Part shown: positions 39,416 through 51,700 of the stretch, in pieces
Position numbering within the stretch: the first letter of the stretch is position 1
How the letters are laid out: each line of letters begins with the position of its first letter
Assembly: GCF_006345805.1 (NCBI RefSeq)
Contig: NC_043011.1
Span: 23,696,464 to 23,760,463 of the forward strand
Reading direction: 5' to 3'
Length of the DNA: 64,000 nucleotides
Source: Octopus sinensis
Lineage: Eukaryota
The notes under the pieces: model-generated
What the model saw: the letters and a program-made list of their open reading frames with translations, nothing else
What the model was told of the DNA's origin: nothing
Database searches by the model: none
Program-made: the position numbers and the translations under genes

Positions 39416-39983
39416 TATATGTTAATTCATAAAATGTTATCCAGTGATGGAAACAGGTTTTAGGAGCAAAGGTCATGCTAAGGTCTGTGAGGCTGATGTT
39501 ATGAATAAATGGGTGTTGTACACTATAATTTCCACTCCACTGTGAGCTCAATAGTAGAACATCATCTCCTACATGTTGCCCTTATTTCTATAACTGGTGC
39601 TATTGAGAAATGGTAAGTTGCAACCAAGTTCAGTTCTTGACCTAATTTCTGTATCTAGCTGTCATTTTCTCACTTTGTTTGCATTGTAAATACCCTTGAG
39701 AAAAACACAAACACAAACATCATGCAATTCTTTCTTATCTCCTATATGAATTTGGTGTTTTATTTCTATATAAGAAATCAATATATCCGTTTCAGTAATT
39801 ACATTCATTAAACTCTGGGTGTGCAGAGCAACTGCTTCAAAACATTCATTAATCATTTCGACCTCAGGATTTATTTTATTTATCTCTGTTTGTCGAACCA
39901 TTATTTTATTGGATATAAAGAAACATAAGCTAAGCAGAAACCATTTTTAGACTAGTAAAAACAAACAGGAACACACACACACT

Positions 39984-40016
<33 letters not shown>

Positions 40017-40454
40017 ATGTATACACATATAGGTATACATATATGTGTGTGGGGTGGTGTGTATATCATCATCATCATTGTTTAACGTCCGTTCTCCATG
40101 CTAGCATGGGTTGGACGGTTCAACCGGAGATCTGGGAAGCCAGAAGGCTGCACCAGGCTCCGGTCTTATCTGGCAAAGTTTCTACAGCTGGATGCCCTTC
40201 CTAACGCCAACCACTCCGTGAGTGTATATATATATATATAGTGGCTTTAAGGGTGTCACAAAAGGCCTGGTTGGAAGCCCAACCTTCCAAGTTCTTTTAC
40301 AGGGCCTAAAAAAATTGAAGAAACACTGCAATAAATGTGTGAATCTGAGAGGGGAATATGTTAAATGAAATCATAATTAACTGACCCTCCTGTATTTTCT
40401 TTTACCCAAAGCCAGGAACTTTTCAGCAACCCCCTCTTATATATGTATATATAT

Positions 40455-41567
40455 ATATGTATATCCGCTCCCTTATCTGGTGGTCAATGTCGAAACTCGG
40501 GATAGATGAATGGTTGGTGAGAGCTGTACCAGCCATGTACAGGGATGCTGTCTGTAAGGTGAGAGTTGGCAATGAGTATAGCAATGAATTCAGGGTACAA
40601 ATAGAGGTTCACCAAAGATCAGTCCTTAGCCCTGTCTTGTTCATCATAGCCCTCCAGGCAATAACAGAAGAACTTAAGTTGGGCTGCTCCTGGGAGCCCC
40701 TCTATGCTGATGACCTTGTTCTTATAGCTGATTCACTATGAGAACTAGAGAAGCAATTCCAGGGGTGCAAGTAAGGTCTAGAATCAAGGGGCCTTAGAAT
40801 TAATTTAGCAAAAACCAAAGTCCTAGTAAGTAGGAAAGCAGACAAGTCACAAACCCTTCAGATAGATGGCCCTGCTTGATATGTAGAAAAGGCATTGGTA
40901 GAAACGCCACAAGATGTACCTGGTGCAAGCAATGGACACGTAAGAGGTGCAGCAATATCAGAGGAAGGTTAACAGGGAAAATAGTCTTTGTGTGTGGCAG
41001 ATGTACAGGTACAATAAACACTAGAAATGTAAAGAAAATAGATTCCATCAAATGCCAGGGTAAACACCTAGTAGTTGATAGCTTCCATTATTTAGATGAC
41101 CAACTTAGCAGTGGTGGTGGATGCTCTGAGAGCATAGCTGCTAGAATAAGAACAGGCTAGGCAAAGTTTAGAGAGCTTCTACCTCTTTTATAACAAAGGG
41201 TCTATTCCTCAGAATGAAAGGCAGACTGTATACTGCCTGTGAGTATACAGGCATGCTTCACGTCAGTGAAACATGGGCTGTGACTGCAGAGAACGGGCAA
41301 AAGCTTGAAGCAAATGAAGCTAATATGCTTCACTGAATGTGCAATGTCAGTGTGCATGTGTGACAGAGTGTAAGCATCTCGAGGGAAAAACTGGGCATAA
41401 AAAGCATCAGATGTGGTGTGCAAGAGAGATAAATGTGCTGACATGGTCATATGATGTGTATGGCACCAAATCAGACCTGGTGGAGCTCTCCAGCTTACTA
41501 GTTTTAGTCAAACCATCTAACCAATGCCAACATGGAAAGTGGACATTAAATGATGATGATGATGATG
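40455..41567 (+). pseudogene. Decayed RTE-clade LINE ORF2 fragment (RT, PHD-like insert, B-type tail)
   Basis: VHQRSVLSPVLFIIALQAIT and LYADDLVL motifs, GLRINLAKTKVL, Cys cluster, FHYLDDQL; stops and frameshifts; (ATG)n tail. Confidence 0.9.
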
Positions 41568-41704
41568 GGTATAGGTATTCTTGTAGAATAGTACTGAAAA
41601 TGTCTAATTTGTAGAAAACTGCTATTCCTGTTTAAAATATCAGAGATTATGGAAATGAAATTCACCAAGATGTGTAAATCTGTGAAAATTTTCCTTTAGC
41701 AGAA

Positions 41705-42080
41705 TTCATCATCATCATCATCATCGTTTAACATCCGTTTTCCATGCTAGCATGGGTTGGACGGTTCAACTGGGGTCTGGGAAGCCAGAAGGCTGCGCCA
41801 GGCCCAGTCTGATCTGACAGTGTTTCTACAGCTGGATGCCCTTCCTAACGCCAACCACCCCGAGAGTGTAGTGGGTGCTTTTTATGTGCCCCCTGCACAG
41901 GTGCCAGACGAGGCTGGCAAACGGCCACGATCGGATGGTGCTGTTTACGTGCCACCGGCACGAAAGCCAGACGAGGCTGGCAATGGCCACAATCGGATGG
42001 TGCTTTTTACATACCACCGGCACGGAGGCCAGTCGGGGCGGCACTGGCAATGGCCATGTTCAGATGGTTCTCTTACGTGC
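41705..42080 (-). mobile_element. Young family-B repeat with tandem subunits
   Basis: CpG-retaining; GCTGGATGCCCTTCCTAACGCCAACCAC followed by three roughly 60-bp subunits. Confidence 0.85.
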
Positions 42081-42249
42081 CAAATGTTTAAGGACTGGAA
42101 ATCTGAAAAGAAATTCTAAAAATAAAGGTTCAGAAAGACAGGAATGGGGTGGGGCAGTACAAAAAGTGAACACATTGAAGTTTAAGGATATGGAAGACTC
42201 TTGCTCAAGGTATCACACAGGATTAAACCTGGAAACATATCTTTTATCT

Positions 42250-42660
42250 GTTCCTTGTTTTCAGTCATTGGATTGCAGCCATGCTGGGGCACCACTTCAA
42301 ATGGTTCTGTTGAACAAATTAACTCCAATTCTTAAAAAGTCACTTATTCTATCAGTCTCTTTTGCTGAACTAGTAAGTTACAGGAATGTAAACAAACCAA
42401 CACAAATTGTGGAGTAGTGGTGGTGGGGTGGGGGGACAAACACAAACATAAGACACACACATATAGATATATGCATTGGATTGACTGTGTGGTTTACTTC
42501 CCAACTACATAGTTCCAGGTTCAGTCCTACTATATGGTACCTTGGGCAAGTGTCTTCTACTATAGCCCTAGGCCAACCAAATCCTTGTGAGTGAATTTGG
42601 TAGAGAGAAACTGATAGAAGCCCGTTATATATACATATGTATGTGTGTGTGTGTGTGTAT
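42250..42660. mobile_element. Family-A SINE halves in opposite orientation
   Basis: 3' half on the minus strand (42250-42470), then the 5' half on the plus strand (42483-42660), joined at the microsatellite. Confidence 0.7.
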
Positions 42661-42669
42661 ATATATATA

Positions 42670-42870
42670 TAATACAAAATGGGACAAGAACGCAAAACAT
42701 CCAGACAGTTAGGTGATACAAAAATGGGACAACAAAACATCCAGATAGACTAGACGATACAAAGAAAACAAGGATGGTTCATTTGAAGTTTTCTTTCCTC
42801 AGTCAAGTACCAGATAACTTCACAATTTCAGCTGATTATACTTGAGATTGCTCCAATCTGGCCAACCCCA
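42670..42870 (-). mobile_element. Penelope-like terminal fragment
   Basis: Between TA-rich tracts; minus-strand CTGAGGA-AAG-AAAA-CTT-CAAA motif followed by a T-rich tail with an internal repeat. Confidence 0.45.
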
Positions 42871-43740
42871 ATATATATATAAACTGCTCTCCTTACATAC
42901 AGATGACCATATAGATTTCCAACATAAAGGATAAACCATTTTTTTTTAGCAAATCTTCAACAGTAAAAGAGACTAAAATAATTACTTTGTTTCCTTTTGC
43001 TGTTTTTGTGACAGAATAAATTTAGGGGAAAAAATGTGTACCTAAAGCCTACTATAACATAGAGTGGCAGAGGAAAATAATGGGGGTCAAGAAAGATGAA
43101 TGGTGATATAGCTACATTTATATTTATCTTTATCACATTCGAAAAAATTAATACAGCATGTTGTCTACAATGCCTTAGAATTAAATCCATTGGGAATTGA
43201 CAGTTAAGTTCTTGTTGGTGGTGGTAAATTAATTAATGTCAGAAACTCCTCTCCCCCCAGCCACTATATTACTGGGACCATATATCTAGCCCTTATCTAC
43301 ATAAAAGGATATATCTCAGAGTTGCTAGTAAGATAATGACAGGTAGATAAGAGGTGATAACCAGAAAAAGGAAGGATAGGGGTGGCTACACATATTATGA
43401 TTATCAAATAAAAGGGACATAAATTGGAAAACAAAAGAGGTCAAAATGAGTTTTAAGTGTGGGAATTAAAAGTGAGTGGAACAAGGTGTATCCTAACTTT
43501 ACAAAATTTATACATTAAAAATTTAGAAAAGGATTTTAGAACCATGTAAGAGAAAGAAGGACAGATAAATCAACCTAAACCCTAAAATTGGAGTACTTTA
43601 ATATATAAGAGAAAGCTCATAAGGCCTTTTCCAAGCATATTGCTAAGGTGGTCATGCTAAAATTATTCAACAGTAAACCTATAATTAAATTAAGATATCA
43701 TCAGAGTAGGAGTACACAGTTTATAATGAATTATATATAT

Positions 43741-44125
43741 AGGTGCAGTAGTGGTTGTGTGGTATGTAGCTTGCTTACTAACCACATAGTTCGGGGTCCA
43801 GTCCCAGTGTGTGTCACCTTGGGAAACTGTCTTCTACAACAGTCTCAGGCCAACCAAAGCCTTGTGAATAGATTTGGTAGACAAAAACTGAAAGAAGTAT
43901 GTTGTATATATATGTGTGTGTGTGTGTGTGTGTTTGTCCTCCCATCATTGCTTGACAACCGATGCTGGTGTGTTCACATCCCCATAACTTAGCAGTTAGG
44001 CAAAAGAGACTGATAGAATAAGTACTAGGCTTACAAAGAATAAGTCCTGGGATCGATTTGTTTGACTAAAAGTGGTACGCTAGCATGGCCACAGTCAAAT
44101 GACTGAAACAAATAAAAGAATATAT
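43741..44125 (+). mobile_element. SINE family A, full length
   Basis: Complete head-to-tail match to other family-A copies. Confidence 0.9.
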
Positions 44126-44834
44126 AAAAGAAATTTTATAGAATATATTAAATATTTTGTGGAATTATAAATATAAATATAAATACCATATTGTATTACA
44201 TTATACCATGAGTTTTATGAAGAGAAGTCTTAAACCACTCGAGAAACAACAGAAATTACACCAGTATATATGAGGGTATATAGATATATAAAAAATACAA
44301 TAATATAATGTAAGATAAAATTTTTAAAAAAAGAATAAATAAAATAAAGATAAATAAAAGACCAAAAATTTTTGTATACAATTCCAATAAAGTATTCATA
44401 AAATGAAAACATTAAAATAAAGATAAAGAATTTTACATTGCGAATGCCATGAAATGTATAACGGATATAAAAAGAGATAAAAAATAAGAATAAGTCAAGG
44501 TATGTGTAACAAAAGCTAATTAAAAGATAAATAGAATATGATAATAAGATAAAGATACCATTGGTAATGGTTTTATTAAATGCTTGTGAAATATATTATT
44601 ATAGACACAGATATGTGTAGAATAATAACAGTTCACTTAAGGGAGGTATAAGATCTGGTAATCCAATGCTAATATACATATTATCTTTTGGAAATATGCT
44701 GTGCTTGAGAAGATCTGGCAAGCTAAGTGAGACCATAACCTTGTGGCCTACGCCAGGGGTGTAACCAGCCCACTTATGCATACCTTTCCTTAGACCTGTT
44801 GAGGCTAGTGAAATCAAAATCAAATTCGATGACT

Positions 44835-45292
44835 GGCATCCGTGCTTGTGGAACTTTAACAGCACCATCCGAGTGTGATCTTTGCCAGAGCAGCTGACTG
44901 GCTTCTGTGCCAGTGACATGTAAAAAACACCATTTGAGCATGATCGTTACCAGCGTCGCCTTACTGGCACTTGTGCTGGTTCCATGTGAAAAAACATTTG
45001 AGCGAGGTCGTTGCCAGTGCCGCTGGACTGGTTCCTGTGCAGGTGGCATGTAAAAAACACCATTTTAGTGTGACCCTTTCCAGTACCGCCTGACTGGCCC
45101 ACATGCCAGTGGCATGTAAAAGCACTCACTACACTCTCAGAGTTGTTGGCGTTAGGAAGGGCATCCAGCTGTAGAAATTCTGCCAGATCAGATTGGAGCC
45201 TGGTGCAGCCATCTGGTTCACCAGTCCTCAGTCAAATCGGTCAACCCATGCTAGCATGGAAAGCGGACATTAAACGATGATGATGATGATGA
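44835..45292 (+). mobile_element. Family-B repeat with multiple internal subunits
   Basis: GTGGCATGTAAAAAACACCATTT subunits, GGAAGGGCATCC motif, (ATG)n tail. Confidence 0.85.
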
Positions 45293-45295
45293 ATG

Positions 45296-45414
<119 letters not shown>

Positions 45415-45494
45415 AATAATTTGAGGGAGTATTATTCCTAACTTACAGGGAAAAATTCAATTTAGAAATACTAAATCAAATTTCACAAAATATA

Positions 45495-45622
45495 ATATAT
45501 ATATAAATTAGAAAAAAAACACCTTTTATCAATTCAAAATGAAAAATTAAATTACACCATCTGTAATTTAATTTTCCATTTTGAATTGATAAAAGGTGTT
45601 TTTTTCTAATTTATATATATAT
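45495..45622. repeat. Near-perfect palindrome, arms about 60 bp, 5-nt loop CCATC
   Basis: The right arm is the reverse complement of the left except one substitution and one A/T-run length difference. Confidence 0.9.
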
Positions 45623-46082
45623 ATATATATGTACACACACATACCTAAATATATGTGTGTGTGTACGTCTTTGTGTTTGACTGCCACAACCACTTGACAA
45701 CTGGTATTGGTTCATTTATAACTGTGTAGCTAAGTGGTTCAGTAAAAAGAGATCCATAGACTAAGTACCATAAGTGCTAGGCTAAGAAGAGAGAGAGAGA
45801 GAGTCAGTTGATTTGTTCAACTTAGCTCTTCAAGGTGGTACTCCAGCATGGTCACAGACTAACATGTGAAATAAGTAAATGATAAATATATATATATGTA
45901 ACAATTTGGACTTCGGTTATATGACTGTTAGTATGTCAATTAAAGTACATTCACTGTTTGGGCTGCCTGATGTCATCAGCAGTTATGATCTAATTTTCAT
46001 TGGATCTACATCAGCAAATCCACAGTGTTTGTTGAGTTTATAATTGATGAAGTAATTGGAAGATGGATTTAGTATGAATCAT

Positions 46083-46432
46083 TATTCAGCACAACGATTG
46101 TTTTGACTCCTCCTGCAGCTGTCCCTTAGGGGTATGATATTGTGCATCCAGTTGTGTTGCATCAATCAGTGCAGGCCGGGTCACTTCAGGTACTTGGTGT
46201 AAAAAAAAGATATCCCACTAGATGTACTGAGTTTCCCTTGACATGTTGTTTTCACTTGTTGTACGATGGTACACTGACGGAGGGTAGATTAATTTTGGGG
46301 TGCAACTCTCTCAGTGTACGCATATACAACAAGTAGGAACACCACGCACCTGATGTGGCACAACAAGATGCACAATGTCCAACCCCTAAGGGACAGATGC
46401 AGCATGGGTTGAAACAATTGTTGTGCCGAATA
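46083..46432. mobile_element. Fold-back MITE-like element
   Basis: Outer arms about 90 bp sharing CTGTCCCTTAGGGGT; inner arms ACTTGTTGTA..GTACACTGA; TA at both ends. Confidence 0.7.
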
Positions 46433-46477
46433 AATATTCATATTAAATCCATCTTCCGTTTCCTTCATCAATTATAT

Positions 46478-46779
46478 CACTGTGACCGACCAGGTTATCA
46501 GATGCTGCTACACATCACTGGTCACAATGTGCTTTGCATTGTTTTAGCCTTCAAATGATACCACCCTGCTGGCTAAGCGAGAAGGCCAACAGAAGAAAGA
46601 GTGAGAGAAAGTTATGGCAAAAGAGTACAGCAGGGATCACCACCACCCCCTGCCAGAACCTCATGGAACTTTAGGTATTTTCACCCAATAAACACTCACA
46701 ACGCCCGGTCTTGGAATCAAAACAGTGATCCTATGGCTGTGAGTCTGCTGCCCTAACCACTGGGCCATTGCGCCACCAC
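46478..46779 (-). mobile_element. SINE family E with 13-bp target-site duplication
   Basis: TCATCAATTATAT at 46465-46477 and 46780-46792; tRNA-like head with B box. Confidence 0.9.
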
Positions 46780-47214
46780 TCATCAATTATATACATACAC
46801 ACACAACTGGCTTCCACACAGTTTCTGTCCATCAAATTTACTCACAAAGCATTGGTCAGTTCAGGGCTGTATTAGAAAACACTTGTGCAAAGGTGCCAAG
46901 CAGTAGGACTGAACCTGAAATTACATAGTTGCAAAGCAAACTTCTTAACTTCACGGCCATGTCTTCATCTATTTTTACAACTCTCAATAGCAAAATTATA
47001 TATTCTCAGTTTCTTGAGATAGTCTTTTAATGGGCTAAGATACAGACACAGGAGTGAATTATTCTGTAATGGGTGGGGACTTTTATCTATTATTTTCTAT
47101 CTAAATTTAATTACAGCAAGCAGCAAGATATGCCGTTCCTAAGACTCAAAGAAGCCTATGTTTGAAAATCTACTATATGAGCAAAATAACTTAAACCCAC
47201 ACATACCTAATCCT

Positions 47215-47432
47215 TTCTACTGTAGGCACAAGGCCTGAAATTTTTGGGGGGTGGGGAGGGGCCAGTTGATTAGATCCACCCAGTATGCAACTGGTACTAA
47301 ATTTATCGATCCCAAAACAATGAAAGGCAAAGTCGACCTCATTGGAATTTGAACTCAGAATGTAAAGACAGATGAAATACCACTAAGCATTTCACCCAGC
47401 ATGCTAACAATTCTGACAACTCACTGCCTTAC
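47215..47432 (-). mobile_element. SINE family C copy
   Basis: ATGAAAGGCAAAGTCGACCTC..GGAATTTGAACTCAGAA. Confidence 0.8.
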
Positions 47433-48071
47433 CCACACATACATAATATTACAGCAATTTGACACAATAGACGCAATAATTATTTTTCTAAAAGTTTATG
47501 TCATTTATTAAGGGAATACAAATGACTAAGTTAGTGGATGCCGTTGGAAAACTGGTCAAGTGGTCAGCAGTATTGCTTATATAGCTAAGACACTTAACTT
47601 TCAAGCAGTCACACCCATTTTGCTGTAAATGAAGTACAGCATAGTAAGCATGCCTCACTGTTGCAGGTAGCAGCAGCATTGTAAAATTGACTGGCAAAGT
47701 GTTTTATGAGCTTGCAGGGCTGAGTACAACTTTTCCTTAGGTTATTATAGCACAGAAAGATTTTAGTTCTCCTAAGCTGTCTTGCTTTATATATGTAACA
47801 TGAAGACAACGTCTTCAACATTGCTCCTACTATGCAATGTATTATGAGGCAAAAGAAACATATTCATTGATTCAAAAATGGCTCCGTGGTAAAAAGTTTG
47901 CTTCCCAACCATATGGTTCTAGGTTCTATCCAACTGTGTGGCACCATGAACAAGTATCTCCTCCTTTGGCCCAGTCTCACCAAAGCCTTGTGAGTGGATT
48001 TGGTGGATGGAAACCTAAAGAAGCCTGTCATATACATAAATGTGTATATATAAATATATATATATATATAT

Positions 48072-48162
<91 letters not shown>

Positions 48163-48174
48163 TATGTATATATA

Positions 48175-48210
<36 letters not shown>

Positions 48211-48231
48211 ATTATATATATATATATATAT

Positions 48232-49330
<1,099 letters not shown>

Positions 49331-49352
49331 GATATATATATATGTATGTATA

Positions 49353-49645
49353 TCTACTACATATGTGGAAAATTCTGTCTGTGGGTGGGTTTGTGGAGTT
49401 GTTAGCTAACTCCGTCTACATCGTGTCATCGATTTTGATAAAATTCGATACATGAGTACAACTCACGTCTGGAAATCTCATGGCATACTCAGATTGTTGA
49501 AAAAAATCCATAATAGGGCCACTGTTTATGGTGAAATGTTATCCAAGCGGGCTCCAGTTTTGTCCTACTATTGATTAGTAATTCTGGTTATCATTCATGT
49601 GCTTATATACTAATGTTTATGGCTGGTTAGTTTGACCATTCCTAG
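49353..49645 (+). mobile_element. Non-autonomous Helitron-like element
   Basis: Sits between A and T, starts TC, ends CTAG with a short GGTTA..TGACC hairpin just upstream. Confidence 0.55.
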
Positions 49646-50056
49646 TACTTTCCACTTCTGAAAATCCAATTGTCCCTATAGAGACTTCATTCTTTTTGAT
49701 ATTGGAGAAATAATTAATAGTTTAAAGAAAACAGAGAATACGCAAAGAATTTTCACTTTTTAACCATCGTGCAGTTATATTAAGTTCTTCGTTTTTTGCC
49801 TACATGATGTTTCAGTCATTTGTTAGTGTCCATACTTGCACTTTAAAGTGTATTATGATGTAGTAGATTAACAATGACTTCTTCTGGGCATTTTAACTGC
49901 TATTTTTCATTTCTCCTGAATGGCTGAAATGTCACATAAGCAAAAACAGAACTTAATATGACTGCACAATGATTAAAAAGCAAATATTCTATGTGTACTC
50001 TTTGTTTTCTTTAGACTATTAATTTTAATTAATTTATATATATATAACTTATATAT

Positions 50057-50141
50057 AACTTATAAACAAGGGCAAAAGAAAAATTATTTCTATGCCATAT
50101 TGGCATAGAAATAATTTTTCTTTTGTCCTTGTTTATAAGTT
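50057..50141. repeat. 41-bp-arm palindrome with 3-nt loop
   Basis: AACTTATAAACAAGGGCAAAAGAAAAATTATTTCTATGCCA-TAT-reverse complement, with one mismatch. Confidence 0.9.
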
Positions 50142-50229
50142 GTTTATAATTTTAACCTTTAAAGATATTTTAATATGCTGCCACTTTTGATGAAATTTTT
50201 TCTGGAAAAAATTTATCCTATATTAGTAG

Positions 50230-50284
<55 letters not shown>

Positions 50285-50819
50285 GTGTGTGTATGTATGT
50301 ATGTATGTATGTATATATATATGAACAGAAACAAAGGAACAAAGGAACAAATGGAACATTCATACACAGGACAGGATGTTGCTAATTCCTCATCAGTTAT
50401 TATCCAAAAGATCCTTACAATTTTTTGCATTTGAAAATAATATTGGTCACTTTTGGTGGTGCCAGCTGTGAGAAGCTGCTAGGAATAGCAAACAAACAGG
50501 GGATAGTCATGAAAACAAACACGACAATATATACTTTTCTCATTGGATTGTATGTTCGTTTCTCTTTTTGCCATCTGTGATTTTATTTTTAATCTTCTGT
50601 ATATATGGAGATATTTCTTCCGTCTGGCTGCTTATCTCTCTACAAAATGGAAAATTACATTGCTGAACAGTCATTTTAACGAGCTGTATTTATCACCCGA
50701 TGAGATACATCTGCACCACCGGACGCTCCTGAACCAGTTGTTGAGTGTCCCACCCAAGAGGAATCAATGCTAGATGCATCGAAACAATTGTGATTAATAA
50801 TGAATTCTCATATATTCCA

Positions 50820-51160
50820 TCTTCTGTCAAATTTTTAAAACCTAGTACTTATTCTATCAATCTCTTTTGCCAAACCACTAAGTTGTGGGGACATAAATAC
50901 ACCAACACCGAGTGTCAAGTGGTAAGGTAGGGAACAAACACAGATACAAAGACAAACACACCCATAGACACACACACATATATATACACACACACATACA
51001 ACAGACTTCTTTCAGTTTCTGTCTACCAAATCCACTCACATGGCCTTGGTTGGCCTGAGATTATAGTAGAAGACACTAGCCCAAGGTAACATGCGGTGGG
51101 ACTGAACCTGGAACCATGTGGTTGGGAAATAAGCTTCTTACCACACAGCCACTCCCATGC
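50820..51160 (-). mobile_element. SINE family A copy
   Basis: Body, microsatellite and head in minus orientation; the tail end is missing. Confidence 0.85.
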
Positions 51161-51509
51161 CTATATATATAGACACATGTGTGTGTGTGTGTGTGATCTT
51201 TGTGTTTGTTCCGTAACTTAGCACTTTGTCAAAAGAAAAATTAAAGATTGACCATAGATTTAAAGTTTCAATTCACTATTCCTACACACACAAACATACA
51301 CTCACCATCTCATAAATCATTAAACTAAATTATTTCTCTGTCTCTTTAATAATCATATCTACACTGTTGTCTCGCAAACTTCATGCCACCTTCATTCGAA
51401 CCTACCTCATCTAATATATTTTCCCCTTCTTGCCATACTACTGCTGTGACTCATATTTTAGAGTCATTTTCACTGAAAAAAACAAACAAACAATAAATAC
51501 AATAATCTT

Positions 51510-51700
51510 TTCTACTCTAGGCACAAGGACCAGTTGATTAGATCAACTCCAGTATGCAACTGGTACTTAATTTATTGACCTCGAAAGAATGAAAGGCAAA
51601 GTTGACCTCGGCGGAATTTGAACTCACAACGTAACGACAGACGAAATACGCTACGCATTTCGCCCGGCATGCTAACGTTTCTGCCAGTTCGGTGCCTTAC
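51510..51700 (-). mobile_element. SINE family C copy
   Basis: GAATGAAAGGCAAAGTTGACCTCGGCGGAATTTGAACTC..CTGCCAGTTCGGTGCCTT. Confidence 0.85.

Noticed and set aside
41875-42417. 180-aa ORF, the longest in the track
   Set aside because: Crosses a family-B tandem module, unique sequence and a family-A fragment; chance open frame from a repeat.
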